32,000 bases of DNA from Pyrodictium abyssi (GCF_036323395.1 NZ_AP028907.1:720001-752000), one strand, 5' to 3'; positions 1 to 9,467 are shown, counted from the stretch's first letter. The notes: generated from the sequence alone by a model not told the origin. Numbers and translations are program-made.

Positions 1-463
1 CTAGGTAGGTGGCGCCCCATATGCCGTATACTATCGTGGGCGTAGCCGCCATCAAGTCTACGAGTACGGCTACTGCGCCCCGTAAACGCCTCGGGGTAAG
101 CTCCTCTATCGCGACCGCTAGGCCCACGGCTAGGGGCGCTGCTATGAGGATGGCTATTACGCTTGTGTAGAGTGTGCCGTAGATCGCGGCTAGCAGCCCG
201 TACTCCTCCTTCTCAGGGTTGTCCTCTACAGCCCTCCACGCGTTCTTGGTGAATATCGATAGCCCCTCATGCTCCAGCACGGGCAGTGACTTGATGAGTA
301 TGACTGCGAGCATGGAGGTGAGTATGAGGAAGACTAGGAGTGGTATAGGCAGGTGTAGTAGGAAGAAGCGTTTGTCGTCCCGGCTACGGAGCCGGGGCAG
401 GAAGCCCTCTAGGCTTAGCCTAAAAACCCTAGATCTGCCCCTGGAGGCCGGCTTCCTCTCCAA
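1..463 (-). CDS. pstC: Phosphate ABC transporter permease PstC, N-terminal part (continues beyond window start)
   Basis: Own translation of the minus strand from TTG at 463: (M)ERKPASRGRSRVFRLSLEGFLPRLRSRDDKRFFLLHLPIPLLVFLILTSMLAVILIKSLPVLEHEGLSIFTKNAWRAVEDNPEKEEYGLLAAIYGTLYTSVIAILIAAPLAVGLAVAIEELTPRRLRGAVAVLVDLMAATPTIVYGIWGATYL... It has TM helices and a PstC-like '...P(T/S)(I/V)VYGxWG' segment. It lies directly downstream of pstS on the same strand. No ATG/GTG lies between the pstS stop and this TTG. It is absent from the ORF track because it is open at the window edge. Confidence 0.8.
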   Translation of the reverse strand, partial: MERKPASRGRSRVFRLSLEGFLPRLRSRDDKRFFLLHLPIPLLVFLILTSMLAVILIKSLPVLEHEGLSIFTKNAWRAVEDNPEKEEYGLLAAIYGTLYTSVIAILIAAPLAVGLAVAIEELTPRRLRGAVAVLVDLMAATPTIVYGIWGATYL

Positions 464-508
464 TTCCGGCGATACCCCGCCTCTAGTGCCAGGTGTTGCT
501 CGCCCAGT

Positions 509-1687
509 TCAGCCGCCGCACTCCAGGAGCTGAGCTGCCTGGGATACTACCTTCTTTAGTTGCTCGGGTAGCGGCGCATAGCCCTCGGGTAGGTTCTCTT
601 GGCCCTGTGATCCTATATACTCTATGAATGCCTTCATCGCATTGCACTTGGCTGGGTCATCCCACTTCTTCCATACTATGAGGAATGTCTGGCCTGCTAG
701 CGGATAGGCGTCTGGGCTCGCCGACGAATAGACGAACTCCCTGGCTACGCTGCTCCAGTCGTCGAGAGGGCTCGGCGGGTTGTTTATAGCGAATGCTGCG
801 GACACTGTTTCGGGGCTTGGCGCCACGAACTTACCTGCTGGGTTCTGTAGCCTGGCGTAGGGCAGCCCATACCTTAGCGCGTAGGCGAGCTCGACATAGC
901 CTATTGAGTAGGGTGTCGTCTTTACTGCTTGCGTCACGCCCTGGTTGCCCTCCTGGCCTATGCCGCGGCCCGTCTTGTCCACCGGCCACCGGACGGTCTT
1001 ACCTATGCCCACTTTATCTTCCCATTCCTTGCAGGTCTTAGCCAGGAATGTTGTGAATATCTGCGTGGTGCCGCTCGAGTCGCTACGGTGTACTGCTATT
1101 ATCTCCTTGTGTGGCAGCTTGTCAGCGACACCGGGGTTTAGCTCCTTTATGGCTGGATCGTCCCAGTAGACTATCTCGCCAAGGTATATCTTCGCTATTA
1201 CTTCGCCGGTTAGGTTTAGCTGGGTGTTGCCTATCTCTGGTATGTTGTATACTATCGCGACCGCGCCTAGTACTACGGGGAACTGTAGTATCTGGCCCTT
1301 GTACTTCTCCCACTTGTTGCGCGGTAGCGGCGGGTCGCTACCAGCAAAGTCTACGAGGTGGTTAAGGATGTCCTTGACTCCCTTCCCGCTGCCGCCGCCA
1401 GTGTACTCTATAGCTATACCCGGGTTCTTTGCCGTGAAGTCACTTATCCACATATCCATAGCTGGCTTCACGAACGTGGAGCCGCTGCCTAGCAGGCTTA
1501 CCTCTTTACCGGCTCCTCCGCCCGGAGCGGTCGATGTAGCCGTCGGCACAGCTGTAGATGTTGGCGCGGCCTTCTCCCCACTCTTACCCATTAGGGTTAG
1601 ACCGACTACAGCGGCTACTACGAATATGCCTACCAGTACCAGTATCGTCTTGTTGTTCAACACATACCCACCTCCTATACTAGGCAC
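509..1687 (-). CDS. pstS: Phosphate ABC transporter substrate-binding protein PstS
   Basis: 392-aa ORF with an N-terminal signal/anchor helix, a T/A/P-rich linker, and PstS-type motifs (GSGSTFVKP..., YTGGGSGKGVKD, SGTTQIFT). The likely true start is the in-frame GTG at 1663, which is preceded by a GGAGGTG Shine-Dalgarno-like sequence and gives MLNNKTILVLVG... Confidence 0.9.
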   Translation of the reverse strand: MPSIGGGYVLNNKTILVLVGIFVVAAVVGLTLMGKSGEKAAPTSTAVPTATSTAPGGGAGKEVSLLGSGSTFVKPAMDMWISDFTAKNPGIAIEYTGGGSGKGVKDILNHLVDFAGSDPPLPRNKWEKYKGQILQFPVVLGAVAIVYNIPEIGNTQLNLTGEVIAKIYLGEIVYWDDPAIKELNPGVADKLPHKEIIAVHRSDSSGTTQIFTTFLAKTCKEWEDKVGIGKTVRWPVDKTGRGIGQEGNQGVTQAVKTTPYSIGYVELAYALRYGLPYARLQNPAGKFVAPSPETVSAAFAINNPPSPLDDWSSVAREFVYSSASPDAYPLAGQTFLIVWKKWDDPAKCNAMKAFIEYIGSQGQENLPEGYAPLPEQLKKVVSQAAQLLECGG

Positions 1688-1740
1688 GTGTTCTCCGGGA
1701 CCCCATGTTGCTGTCTCGGGTACCCGGTAGCCGGGCTAGG

Positions 1741-1813
1741 GTCTATAGAGTTCTACTTATAGCGCCTATAGACTGTCTAGAGGCTATGTAGAATAGTCTA
1801 GTATCTCTAGAGG
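1741..1813. promoter_or_regulatory. Palindrome cluster with TATA-like element upstream of pstS
   Basis: Perfect 8-bp inverted repeat GTCTATAG (1741-1748) / CTATAGAC (1766-1773). Its 17-nt loop carries CTATAAGTA on the pstS strand. It is followed by two direct copies of TCTAGAGG (1776-1783 and 1806-1813). Confidence 0.3.
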
Positions 1814-2111
1814 ACACTAGAGAATGCCAAGGAGCGCCCTGCGGGCAGAGCATAGGGGATGAGGAGTAAGTTGAGGGGACGGCTCCGGAGCTCAGCCTAG
1901 GTGTTGTACCGCACTGCCCCAGGGCCGGGGGCTGTCCTGGGGCTCGGCCTCGGCTGTAGTCAGCACAAGCCCATGCTACTCTACCCGGGGCTACACAGGT
2001 ATAAGTCTCGGCTTGTGTCTTAACTACCTGTGGAGCTTCCTAGGCTCCACACCCGCTAGATACATACCTAGGTATTAGGTACATAGTATACCCCGCTGGA
2101 GGGAGTCCTTC

Positions 2112-2456
2112 ATGCCCATAGTCTCGCTCAAGGTTCTACCTGTGGGTGTCGGTACCAGTCTATCCCGCTACATTGCGAGGATTGTCGCCCTGCTGGAGGC
2201 CCACGGGTACAAGCCCATAGTTACCCCGGATACTACTGTCATCCAGGTCCGGGACCTGAGCGAGGTCGGCGCTATAGTCAGGATGGTTCACGACGAGCTC
2301 TATAGCATGGGTGTTCCACGCATGGTGACGATAGTCATGGTTGATGATAGGAGGGATGCGGAGGAGTCTAGCCCAGAGGAGCTTGTCCAGCGTGTGGCGC
2401 GGCGCGTGGAGGAAGAGCGTAGAAACGTCCGCGGAGACGTGCACGGCGTGATGTAG
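2112..2456 (+). CDS. MTH1187/YkoF-family (UPF0045/DUF77) small ligand-binding protein
   Basis: 114 aa. The N-terminal pattern 'VSLKVLPVGVGTSLSRYIARIVALLEAHG...' and later 'PRMVTIVMVDDRRD' match the MTH1187-family ferredoxin-like fold signature as I remember it. Confidence 0.75.
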   Translation: MPIVSLKVLPVGVGTSLSRYIARIVALLEAHGYKPIVTPDTTVIQVRDLSEVGAIVRMVHDELYSMGVPRMVTIVMVDDRRDAEESSPEELVQRVARRVEEERRNVRGDVHGVM

Positions 2457-2462
2457 TAGGGG

Positions 2463-3533
2463 CTAGCTGCGGGGTAGTAGGTAGTAATGGTTGTTGTGGA
2501 CTAGCAGCTCCGCCTCTATGCCCTCGCTTAGCTCGCCCTCGACGCTGGTATCGCGGCGGGGGATCTCCAGGTACTCGTAGCTGCCGTCGAGGTACTGTAG
2601 GTGTATCCAGCCAGGCTCCAGGGCTACTACTAGGACGCGGCGGTGGTCGTCGAGCCGGGGCTCGCGTAGTAGGCGCCATGCCTCCTCTACTGTTAGCCGA
2701 TGCAGCTTGCTGCTGCCGAGCCGACGTACCAGGACGTAGCCGCGGTCTATCTCCTCTACCCGGGCTAGCACGCCCTGGTACTCCACCAGCGTGCCTGGCT
2801 TGAAGAAGGGCAGCCGGACGGAGAGCGTCAGCCTTGATACGCGGCGGCCATCGTTCCTTCGGCCCACGACCTTGTGGCTCTCTTTCACCTTGGCTGCTAG
2901 CCGGCTACGTAGCTTGGCTGCGAGGCTCCTGGCCGCGTTCTGGTCGAGCATCTTAAGGTCAATGCCTTCGCGTAGCTCGTCCACTGATAGTATTGCCTCC
3001 TCTATCGAGTCTCCTAGCTCGTCTATGACCTCCTCTACTGCCAGTCTGTCCTCTTCGCTCAGCCTGCCGTTGTATCCCCTAACCTGCACTATGGCTGTTG
3101 GTACCCCTGCTGCCCTCTGGAAGCATACTGGGCATATCTGCTTCTGCATCACAACCGGCACTGTGTATACCATGCTCTTCTCATCATTCATCCCGTGTAG
3201 GCGTCCTGCCACCTGCACTAGGGCGTTTCCAGCGTCGTAGTCTATGTCGATGTTCTCGACTCTGTAGTACTCTGTGTGTTCGGCTGGCTTGAAGCTAGCC
3301 TGGAATACTAGCGCGGCCACGTCTTCTAGCCCGCCGTCGCCCGGGGGAGGAAACCAGCGGCCCTGGTAGCGATAGCTCCCACATCTTGTACAGACTACTA
3401 GCTGTAGCTTTGCTGGCGGCCGGCCGAACCCGTACAGCTCTAGGTAGCAGCTGGGGCATAGCCGGCCATCTACTAGCCGGTCGACCTCGCGTCCACAGCG
3501 TATACATATAGGCATTCCGTGTACCACCCTCAC
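2463..3533 (-). CDS. NMD3-family protein (archaeal homologue of the 60S export adaptor)
   Basis: 356 aa with N-terminal paired zinc knuckles (CIRCG...CPSC; CTRCGSYRYQGRW; CPVC). The overall length is typical of archaeal NMD3. Confidence 0.8.
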   Translation of the reverse strand: MRVVHGMPICIRCGREVDRLVDGRLCPSCYLELYGFGRPPAKLQLVVCTRCGSYRYQGRWFPPPGDGGLEDVAALVFQASFKPAEHTEYYRVENIDIDYDAGNALVQVAGRLHGMNDEKSMVYTVPVVMQKQICPVCFQRAAGVPTAIVQVRGYNGRLSEEDRLAVEEVIDELGDSIEEAILSVDELREGIDLKMLDQNAARSLAAKLRSRLAAKVKESHKVVGRRNDGRRVSRLTLSVRLPFFKPGTLVEYQGVLARVEEIDRGYVLVRRLGSSKLHRLTVEEAWRLLREPRLDDHRRVLVVALEPGWIHLQYLDGSYEYLEIPRRDTSVEGELSEGIEAELLVHNNHYYLLPRS

Positions 3534-3659
3534 CGCTCCAAGCCACCGTCTCGGCCGCCGAGAGCCCGGGTGCCCTGTTAGCTTGAAGGGGCCCGACAGC
3601 CGCTCATGGAACTCCTGGCCCTGCTAGGGGTGTATCTAGTCTACGGTCTGGGGTAGCAC

Positions 3660-3686
3660 AGCGCCACATTATAGTGGGCTGGCGCT
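3660..3686. promoter_or_regulatory. 7-bp inverted repeat enclosing a TATA-like element (divergent NMD3 / amidohydrolase promoter region)
   Basis: AGCGCCA (3660-3666) and TGGCGCT (3680-3686) are perfect reverse complements. The loop reads cATTATAGtgggc. Confidence 0.3.
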
Positions 3687-3749
3687 GGACTATAGCGGGG
3701 CCGCGCTCTCGCAGGGAGGGGCTGTAGAGCTGCTCTAGGGTCATGGGCC

Positions 3750-5300
3750 TTGGCGCATGCCTGCCCGGTCGTGTTTACGGCGGAGCGCATCTATACGGGA
3801 TTCCGGCCTACAAGGTATGTGGAGGCTATCACAGTCTATAACGGGCATGTCGTCTACTCTGGGTTCCTCGCAGAGGCCGTGAGGATCGCTAGGAGTATAG
3901 CCGAGGCTGTGGGCTGTGGGAGGCCAAGGATAGTAGAGCTCGACGGGGTTGCAGTACCCGGCTTCGTGGATGCTCATCTCCACGTGCGCGGAGTAGGTGC
4001 AATGAAACACTCTATAGACCTCTCTGGAGCAGAGTCGATGGAGGAGCTGCTCGACGCTGTGAGGCGCGGGGCTAGCCGGTTCAGCGGATGGGTTATCGGC
4101 AGGGGCTGGGACCAGGAGCGTATTGGCGGCTGGCCTACACGCTACGAGCTCGATGAGGCTGTACCGGATAAGCCTGTCGTGCTGCTCCGTGTCTGCGGCC
4201 ACGCGGCCGCGCTAAACACGCGGGCAATGGAGGCGCTCGGGCTGCTCGACTCGGACAGCCCGCTCGTGGATAGGGGCTGCGACGGGAGCCCCACCGGGAT
4301 AGTCTTCGAGGAGCTGGCTGCGGAGGCCTACCGCGAGGCTGTTAGGAGCCTCGACCCGGTACGACTGGCTGTGGAGGGGGCCCAAGAGGTACTGCGCTAC
4401 GGGATAACACTGGCCGGCGCCATGGATGTAGACGATCACGCTTTCCGGGGCCTCGTAGCTGCTAGGCGGCTTGGCCTGCTCCGCATGAGGCTGCGGCTCT
4501 ACCTGTCCCGGGAGCTCTTCACGGCGCTCGACCGGCTAGGAGCCGTCCCGGTGCTCGGAGACGACGTGCTCCGCGTCACCGGCGTAAAGCTCTACATGGA
4601 TGGGAGCCTAGGAGCCCGGACCGCCTGGCTCCGGGAGCCGTATAGCGACGAGCCTGGTACGCGGGGCCGGAGGCTCCTCACCGCTCGGGAGCTCGCCGAG
4701 CTGGCCAAGAGGGCTGCGGACTGGGGCCTGGACGTGGCTGTGCACGCCATAGGGGACGCTGCGGTCGAGGAGGCGCTCCGAGGGGTAGCTGCTGCAGGCT
4801 GCCGGTGTAGGATAGAGCACGCGAGCCTCGCGCCCCCGGACCTCATACGCTCTATGGCCTCGCTCGGTGTAAGGGTGGCTGTCCAGCCTAGGTTTGTTGT
4901 CAGCGACTCCTGGGCTGTGGACCGGGTTGGCCCAGAGAGGGCCCGCTGGCTCTACCCGTTCCGTAGCATGCTCTCGGCTGGGCTCCTACTGGGGTTCTCT
5001 AGCGACGCCCCGGTGGAGCCGCTGAACCCGCTAGAGGGCGTACACGCTGCCGTGACCCGCGGCGCTCTAGCGGAGTATACGAGGAGCGAGGCCGTCGACG
5101 TGGAGACCGCGCTGCACCTCTACACTGCTGGCTCCGCGATGGTGCTGGGAGAGACGCGGGCCGGCTGCCTCGAGCCGGGCTGCTTCGCCGACATCGCTGT
5201 GCTTGACAGGGACCCCCTGGAGGTCGACGTGGAGGAGCTTCCTAGCGTGGGCTTCAACGCCACGATAGTGGCGGGAGACATGGTATGGTCGAGGAGGTAG
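3750..5300 (+). CDS. Metal-dependent amidohydrolase (Amidohydro_3 / YtcJ-like)
   Basis: 516 aa with PGFVDAHLHV (HxH metal site), VHAIGDAAV, RIEHASL and FSSDAPVEP motifs, plus the C-terminal 'ADIAVLDRDP' strand typical of the family. TTG start at 3750; the start may be a few codons further in. Confidence 0.85.
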   Translation: MAHACPVVFTAERIYTGFRPTRYVEAITVYNGHVVYSGFLAEAVRIARSIAEAVGCGRPRIVELDGVAVPGFVDAHLHVRGVGAMKHSIDLSGAESMEELLDAVRRGASRFSGWVIGRGWDQERIGGWPTRYELDEAVPDKPVVLLRVCGHAAALNTRAMEALGLLDSDSPLVDRGCDGSPTGIVFEELAAEAYREAVRSLDPVRLAVEGAQEVLRYGITLAGAMDVDDHAFRGLVAARRLGLLRMRLRLYLSRELFTALDRLGAVPVLGDDVLRVTGVKLYMDGSLGARTAWLREPYSDEPGTRGRRLLTARELAELAKRAADWGLDVAVHAIGDAAVEEALRGVAAAGCRCRIEHASLAPPDLIRSMASLGVRVAVQPRFVVSDSWAVDRVGPERARWLYPFRSMLSAGLLLGFSSDAPVEPLNPLEGVHAAVTRGALAEYTRSEAVDVETALHLYTAGSAMVLGETRAGCLEPGCFADIAVLDRDPLEVDVEELPSVGFNATIVAGDMVWSRR

Positions 5301-6193
5301 TGTGTCAGCGTTTCGCCCGCGCATGCGCAGCCTCCGTGGTGGTTGATGCCGCTGTCCCCCGGCCCGGGCTCTCTAGCTTCCAGAGGCCGCGGGGAGACCT
5401 CGACCCCGTCGGCTTCGCCGGGCTAGCAGGCCTCGCCTACGAGGCATGCATGTGTAGCTGCATGAGGGGGTTGCTGGGCGACACCGGGGGCTGGGCCGGC
5501 TGCTGGCTATCCTCTGTGGAGGAGATGGCTAGAAGCTGGGGGAACCCTGGGCTGGGGAGCCTCTTCCTCCTATCGCTGCAGGCTGCTGCCCTCGGGTACT
5601 CAGTCCACCGGGGGAGAGGGGACAGCCTAGAGGCTGTTATGGCGTCTACGAGCCGCGCTGTGGACTCTGGGGGCGTCGAGGCGGCCGTGGCGTTCTACCG
5701 CGGGCTTCAGCTGGTCTATCCCAGTTATCTCGCCCGTATATCGTGGAGCGGCCTGCCAGAGGTCGACGGGAGGCTCTCGCTAGAGGCTATCCGCGAGACT
5801 GGCGTTACCCTCCGGGCTCTGCTAGAGCAGGCAGCGCTCTACGACCCCGTGTCACGCGATGCTGCATCGTTCATGTCGCTTAGCCTGGGCATGGCTCTGC
5901 CGATTCTCCGCGAGGAACCCTGCCTGGAGAAGGGGGTCCGTAGAGCCACCTATACGCTGGCCGGCCTCGAGGGGGACCTGCTCGTAGCTAGAAAGGCTGG
6001 CAGGGTAGCCCCCGGGATGTGGCTACGAGCCGCCGAGGGGGACCGGGATGCCGAGAGAGCGCTCTGGGAGCTACTGGCCAGCGGAGGGCCGGGCTCTGTA
6101 GCCGATATAGTGGTGAACGCTGTTGCTAGGCTCGTCTACGAGTACCTCCGCGACGGCTATCCCCCTCTGAGGCTCCACTGCTACTCTTCCTGA
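5285..6193 (+). CDS. Hypothetical protein, possibly CitG/MdcB-like (triphosphoribosyl-dephospho-CoA synthase family)
   Basis: 302-aa ORF with no competing ORF. The N-terminal 'AASVVVDAAVPRPGLSS....GDLDPVGFAGLAGL' loosely resembles the CitG 'E...PKPGLVD...H.DMD...F..SA' region. The family assignment is weak. Confidence 0.4.
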   Translation: MVEEVVCQRFARACAASVVVDAAVPRPGLSSFQRPRGDLDPVGFAGLAGLAYEACMCSCMRGLLGDTGGWAGCWLSSVEEMARSWGNPGLGSLFLLSLQAAALGYSVHRGRGDSLEAVMASTSRAVDSGGVEAAVAFYRGLQLVYPSYLARISWSGLPEVDGRLSLEAIRETGVTLRALLEQAALYDPVSRDAASFMSLSLGMALPILREEPCLEKGVRRATYTLAGLEGDLLVARKAGRVAPGMWLRAAEGDRDAERALWELLASGGPGSVADIVVNAVARLVYEYLRDGYPPLRLHCYSS

Positions 6194-9100
6194 CTATTAT
6201 CCTGCCCTTTTCGGCCGCCAGCAGTATACGGTAGGCGGCCATGGCCATTGCGGAGGCTAGGCTCCGGAGCGCTGTCTCGAGCTCCTCGGAGTCGTGGCGC
6301 GCCTTAGCCCGGTTAGCCCACTCTAGGTAGCTCCTCACCCTAGGCTCGACAAGCATGAGGAGCGGCGTGTCGCCAGCTAGCTGGCTAGCCCGCTCCGCTG
6401 CGTCCACGAGGCGGCCCTCGTGCTCAGCGCCGCGGAGCGCTAGTACACCCGTGTAGCTCCCTGCCAGCATGCGGAGAAGCATGTTGCGCTGGTCCTGGCC
6501 GTAGTAGGCTACGCGTAGGCCCTGGCTCAGAAGCCTGTCGAGGTGGCGTAGAGCCATCCTAGCCATCTGTGATGCCGAGTCGATGCCCGCCCTGCCCCGG
6601 TAGCTGTCCACTTCGACCCGTTCTCCGTCGTAGCTCGCTACAGCCGCTACCGCCACCGTCTGGCCGCTGTCCTCGATGGTCTCGTGGACTACTGCTATGG
6701 CTCCTAGCCCGTGGCTCCGCGACGGCCTAGGATGCTCCACCACTACCCCGCCAGCCTGTATCGTCCTGGAGCCAGCTATCACGCGGGCTGCCTGGGCAGC
6801 TAGCTCCCTTAGCCGCTCCATGGAGACCTCTCCGCGCATGACACGTATCGCGGAGACGGGGTCTACTGCTGCTATGAGTGGCACCGTTATGCCCGGGTAC
6901 TCGTACCGGAGAGCCCTCTCGGAGACGTCTAGCCAGTCGAGCGCTTCCAGTAGGCCTGCTGACTCGCGCTCCCATAGGTGTATCAGCTTGACGGGCCCTG
7001 CAGAGACCACCCTGTACCTTATCAGCCCTAGGGGTATGGCGTAGCGGGGGTCCAGGCGCAGGTATACTATCAGTGTTGCTAGGCCAAGGCGCAGGTCCTC
7101 AGCCGAGACCGTGCCAGGGGCCTCGAAGACGTAGCCGTAGGTGTAGTCGCGGTACCGCCCAGCCACCGGCGCATTAAGCTCTATCGTGGCCACTTCGTGG
7201 TAGACCCTCACCATCCCCGTCGGCCTGCTGGCTAGGCGTGGACGGCGGCTCTCGACCATCCACTCGACCTCTATGGGCTCCTCTACTAGCTCGCCGAAGC
7301 CGCCTGTCGGCGCGGACACGTTGAGCACTGTCGCGGTGAATATTCTGCCGTAGCGTAGGTCGTTCTCGAAGCTCGGCTTCTCGCCCCACGCCCGCTTGAG
7401 GTCCTCGTACCTGGCTACAGCGCGCGCTATCCAGTCGTGGTGGGCCACCGCCTCCTCGGGCGGCTGCTCGTAGACCCGCAGCTCCTTGGGGTCTATGCGC
7501 ACCACTAGGGACTCGTTCATGGGGTCGTAAGTTCCGGGCTGGTACTTCTCCACCGCGTCCCTGTGCGAGACCTCCTCGCTGCGTATCAGCGTCTCCCTGC
7601 CACCGCGTATGATCACCTTACGGTAGCCGTAGGGTGGGCCATGCTCGTAGAAGCCTATGTCGTTCCAGAATGCTTTGCCGCGCCTGCTGAGCGTTAGCCT
7701 GCCACCGCTGAGTGATGCATACTCTTCTACGAGGCCTAGCTGTCTAAGGAGCTTCTCCTCCTCTGGCTCGATACCCACGCCGCGTAGGAGCTTCCACATA
7801 GCCTTGAAGACTGCAGCGTAGGCGTTAGACGGGTTTATGTATAGCTTCTCCAGGGGTAAGCTTAGCCACTGCTTTAGAGCCGAGCTGCCAGCCTCCAGCA
7901 GTTTACGGTCCCAGAGCCCCGAAGGCACGACTATAGTCTCTGTTACCCCTAGCTCGCGGCGCCGCCCCTTCCTACCCTCCCGCTGCATAAACTCGCGAAG
8001 ATCCACCGGGAGCCCTATGTGGACGACACGGTTAACGCTCCCTATGTCGATGCCCTGTGCTAGCGTTCGAACGGTTATTATCATCGATATCCGGCCTCTA
8101 CGCGCTGCCTCCTCTATCATCTCACGCTTACTCTTTGAGACGAGGTGGTGATGCACCCCGACTAGCTTCTGCTTCTCGGCCGGAAGCTTCTCGATGAGGC
8201 TACGGTACAGCCTCTCAGCCATGCGGATACTACGCGTGAAAACCAGGGCTACGCTCCCAGGCTCTGAGGCCTCGAGTATAGCCTGGAGAATCTCCACGGG
8301 GTCTAGGCCTGGCCGTGGTGGCCTAAGCCCGATCGCCTCGAGCGCCTCGTATATCTCGTAGAGGTGCTCGCGGAACTCGTCCTCGTTATACACCATGTCC
8401 ATTATCCACGGCGCACGGGAGGCTATGACGCTGGCGTAGGCCCTTATGTAGTCTCGTAGCGCCTCCACACCCTTACCAATGACTATTATTGTCCTATTCG
8501 GGGTCTTGAAGGGCCGCCCCTCGATTATCCTTGTCTCCCGCCCGGTGAGCCGTGTGAGCAGAGATGCGAGCTCGTCGGGGTTACCGAGCGTCGCGGAGAG
8601 TATTACGACGCGCGGCGGCTTGGAGGCCAAGTGCTTGGATATCAGCTCGACTATAGCTAGTAGGAGGTGTGCGCCTCTCGGCCCGTAGAAGTCCAGCTCA
8701 TCGAACACTATCATGTCTAGCGATGATATGAAGTCCTCGAGTATCGCGCGGTGGGGGTAGAGGGCTAGTCTCTTCATCTCTGCGAGGAGGAAAGCCGGGT
8801 TAGTGACCACCACGCGCGCCGAGGAGACTAGTTTGAGTAATTCTTCGCCACGGCGGCCCTTCTTCTCTATACTCGGCCTGTCTATGCGCACAACCGCTTC
8901 AGGGTAGCCGGCTGCACTGTAGTACTCTTCGAGCCTCCTTATCTGGTCGGCTGCGAGCGCTAGGGTAGGGTAGACTGCTAGGACGCGCCAGCCCTCGCGG
9001 AGAGCTGCTAGTGCCCAAGCCTCGGTCTTGCCGGAGCCTGTGCGGGCTGTGAGTACGACGTTCATCCCAGCTACTAGCGCTTCTACCGAGTCTAGCTGGT

Positions 9101-9263
9101 GGCGGTAGAGCCGCAGTCTCCCCTTCTCGTGGCGTGCGAGCGCCGGCACGACGTCCATGAATCGTTTCTCTGCCTGCTCGGGCTCTTCTCCGGGCTCCTC
9201 CCAGAGGAGGACCTCATAGCCCAGGCTCCTTAGCGACGCCGCTACCCTACTAGACCCGCCCAT
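6126..9263 (-). CDS. Superfamily-2 DEAD/DEAH-type helicase with long uncharacterised C-terminal region
   Basis: 1045 aa. Motif I is ARTGSGKT, motif II is FDELDF, motif III is SAT and motif VI is QREGRKGRR. The N-terminal 'LYRHQLDSVEAL' is Q-motif-like. The roughly 590 aa after motif VI match nothing I recognise. Confidence 0.85.
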   Translation of the reverse strand: MGGSSRVAASLRSLGYEVLLWEEPGEEPEQAEKRFMDVVPALARHEKGRLRLYRHQLDSVEALVAGMNVVLTARTGSGKTEAWALAALREGWRVLAVYPTLALAADQIRRLEEYYSAAGYPEAVVRIDRPSIEKKGRRGEELLKLVSSARVVVTNPAFLLAEMKRLALYPHRAILEDFISSLDMIVFDELDFYGPRGAHLLLAIVELISKHLASKPPRVVILSATLGNPDELASLLTRLTGRETRIIEGRPFKTPNRTIIVIGKGVEALRDYIRAYASVIASRAPWIMDMVYNEDEFREHLYEIYEALEAIGLRPPRPGLDPVEILQAILEASEPGSVALVFTRSIRMAERLYRSLIEKLPAEKQKLVGVHHHLVSKSKREMIEEAARRGRISMIITVRTLAQGIDIGSVNRVVHIGLPVDLREFMQREGRKGRRRELGVTETIVVPSGLWDRKLLEAGSSALKQWLSLPLEKLYINPSNAYAAVFKAMWKLLRGVGIEPEEEKLLRQLGLVEEYASLSGGRLTLSRRGKAFWNDIGFYEHGPPYGYRKVIIRGGRETLIRSEEVSHRDAVEKYQPGTYDPMNESLVVRIDPKELRVYEQPPEEAVAHHDWIARAVARYEDLKRAWGEKPSFENDLRYGRIFTATVLNVSAPTGGFGELVEEPIEVEWMVESRRPRLASRPTGMVRVYHEVATIELNAPVAGRYRDYTYGYVFEAPGTVSAEDLRLGLATLIVYLRLDPRYAIPLGLIRYRVVSAGPVKLIHLWERESAGLLEALDWLDVSERALRYEYPGITVPLIAAVDPVSAIRVMRGEVSMERLRELAAQAARVIAGSRTIQAGGVVVEHPRPSRSHGLGAIAVVHETIEDSGQTVAVAAVASYDGERVEVDSYRGRAGIDSASQMARMALRHLDRLLSQGLRVAYYGQDQRNMLLRMLAGSYTGVLALRGAEHEGRLVDAAERASQLAGDTPLLMLVEPRVRSYLEWANRAKARHDSEELETALRSLASAMAMAAYRILLAAEKGRIIVRKSSSGASEGDSRRGGTRRRA

Positions 9264-9467
9264 TTCCTACCGCCTACCCCTCCTCCTACAGAGGCCCCCT
9301 AGGGGCAAAGACCCCCATTAAAGCCGCGGATAGGCGTGCAGCCCTCCAGAGCCGCCACGGTGAGCGCCACAACCGGGCCCCGGGGCGTAGCACTAGAGGC
9401 TCGTGCACAACCCTATCAGCCGTGAAGCGGTCCGCGTAGACCCGGAGCGGCTGACCGGTGGCAGGCC

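Noticed and set aside
219-1730. Several + strand ORFs (219..533, 793..1041, 929..1141, 945..1169, 1111..1365, 1224..1730)
   Set aside because: All are antisense to the well-supported pstC and pstS genes. They translate to R/S/P/A-rich low-complexity sequence typical of spurious ORFs in GC-rich DNA.
1776-1786. The 11-mer TCTAGAGGCTA shared between the pstS upstream region (1776-1786) and the amt upstream region (31249-31259), considered as a common nutrient-regulon operator
   Set aside because: TCTAGAGG also occurs at 1806-1813 and at 10769-10776 in an unrelated context. CTAG-containing words are very common in this sequence, so a chance match cannot be excluded without genome-wide statistics.
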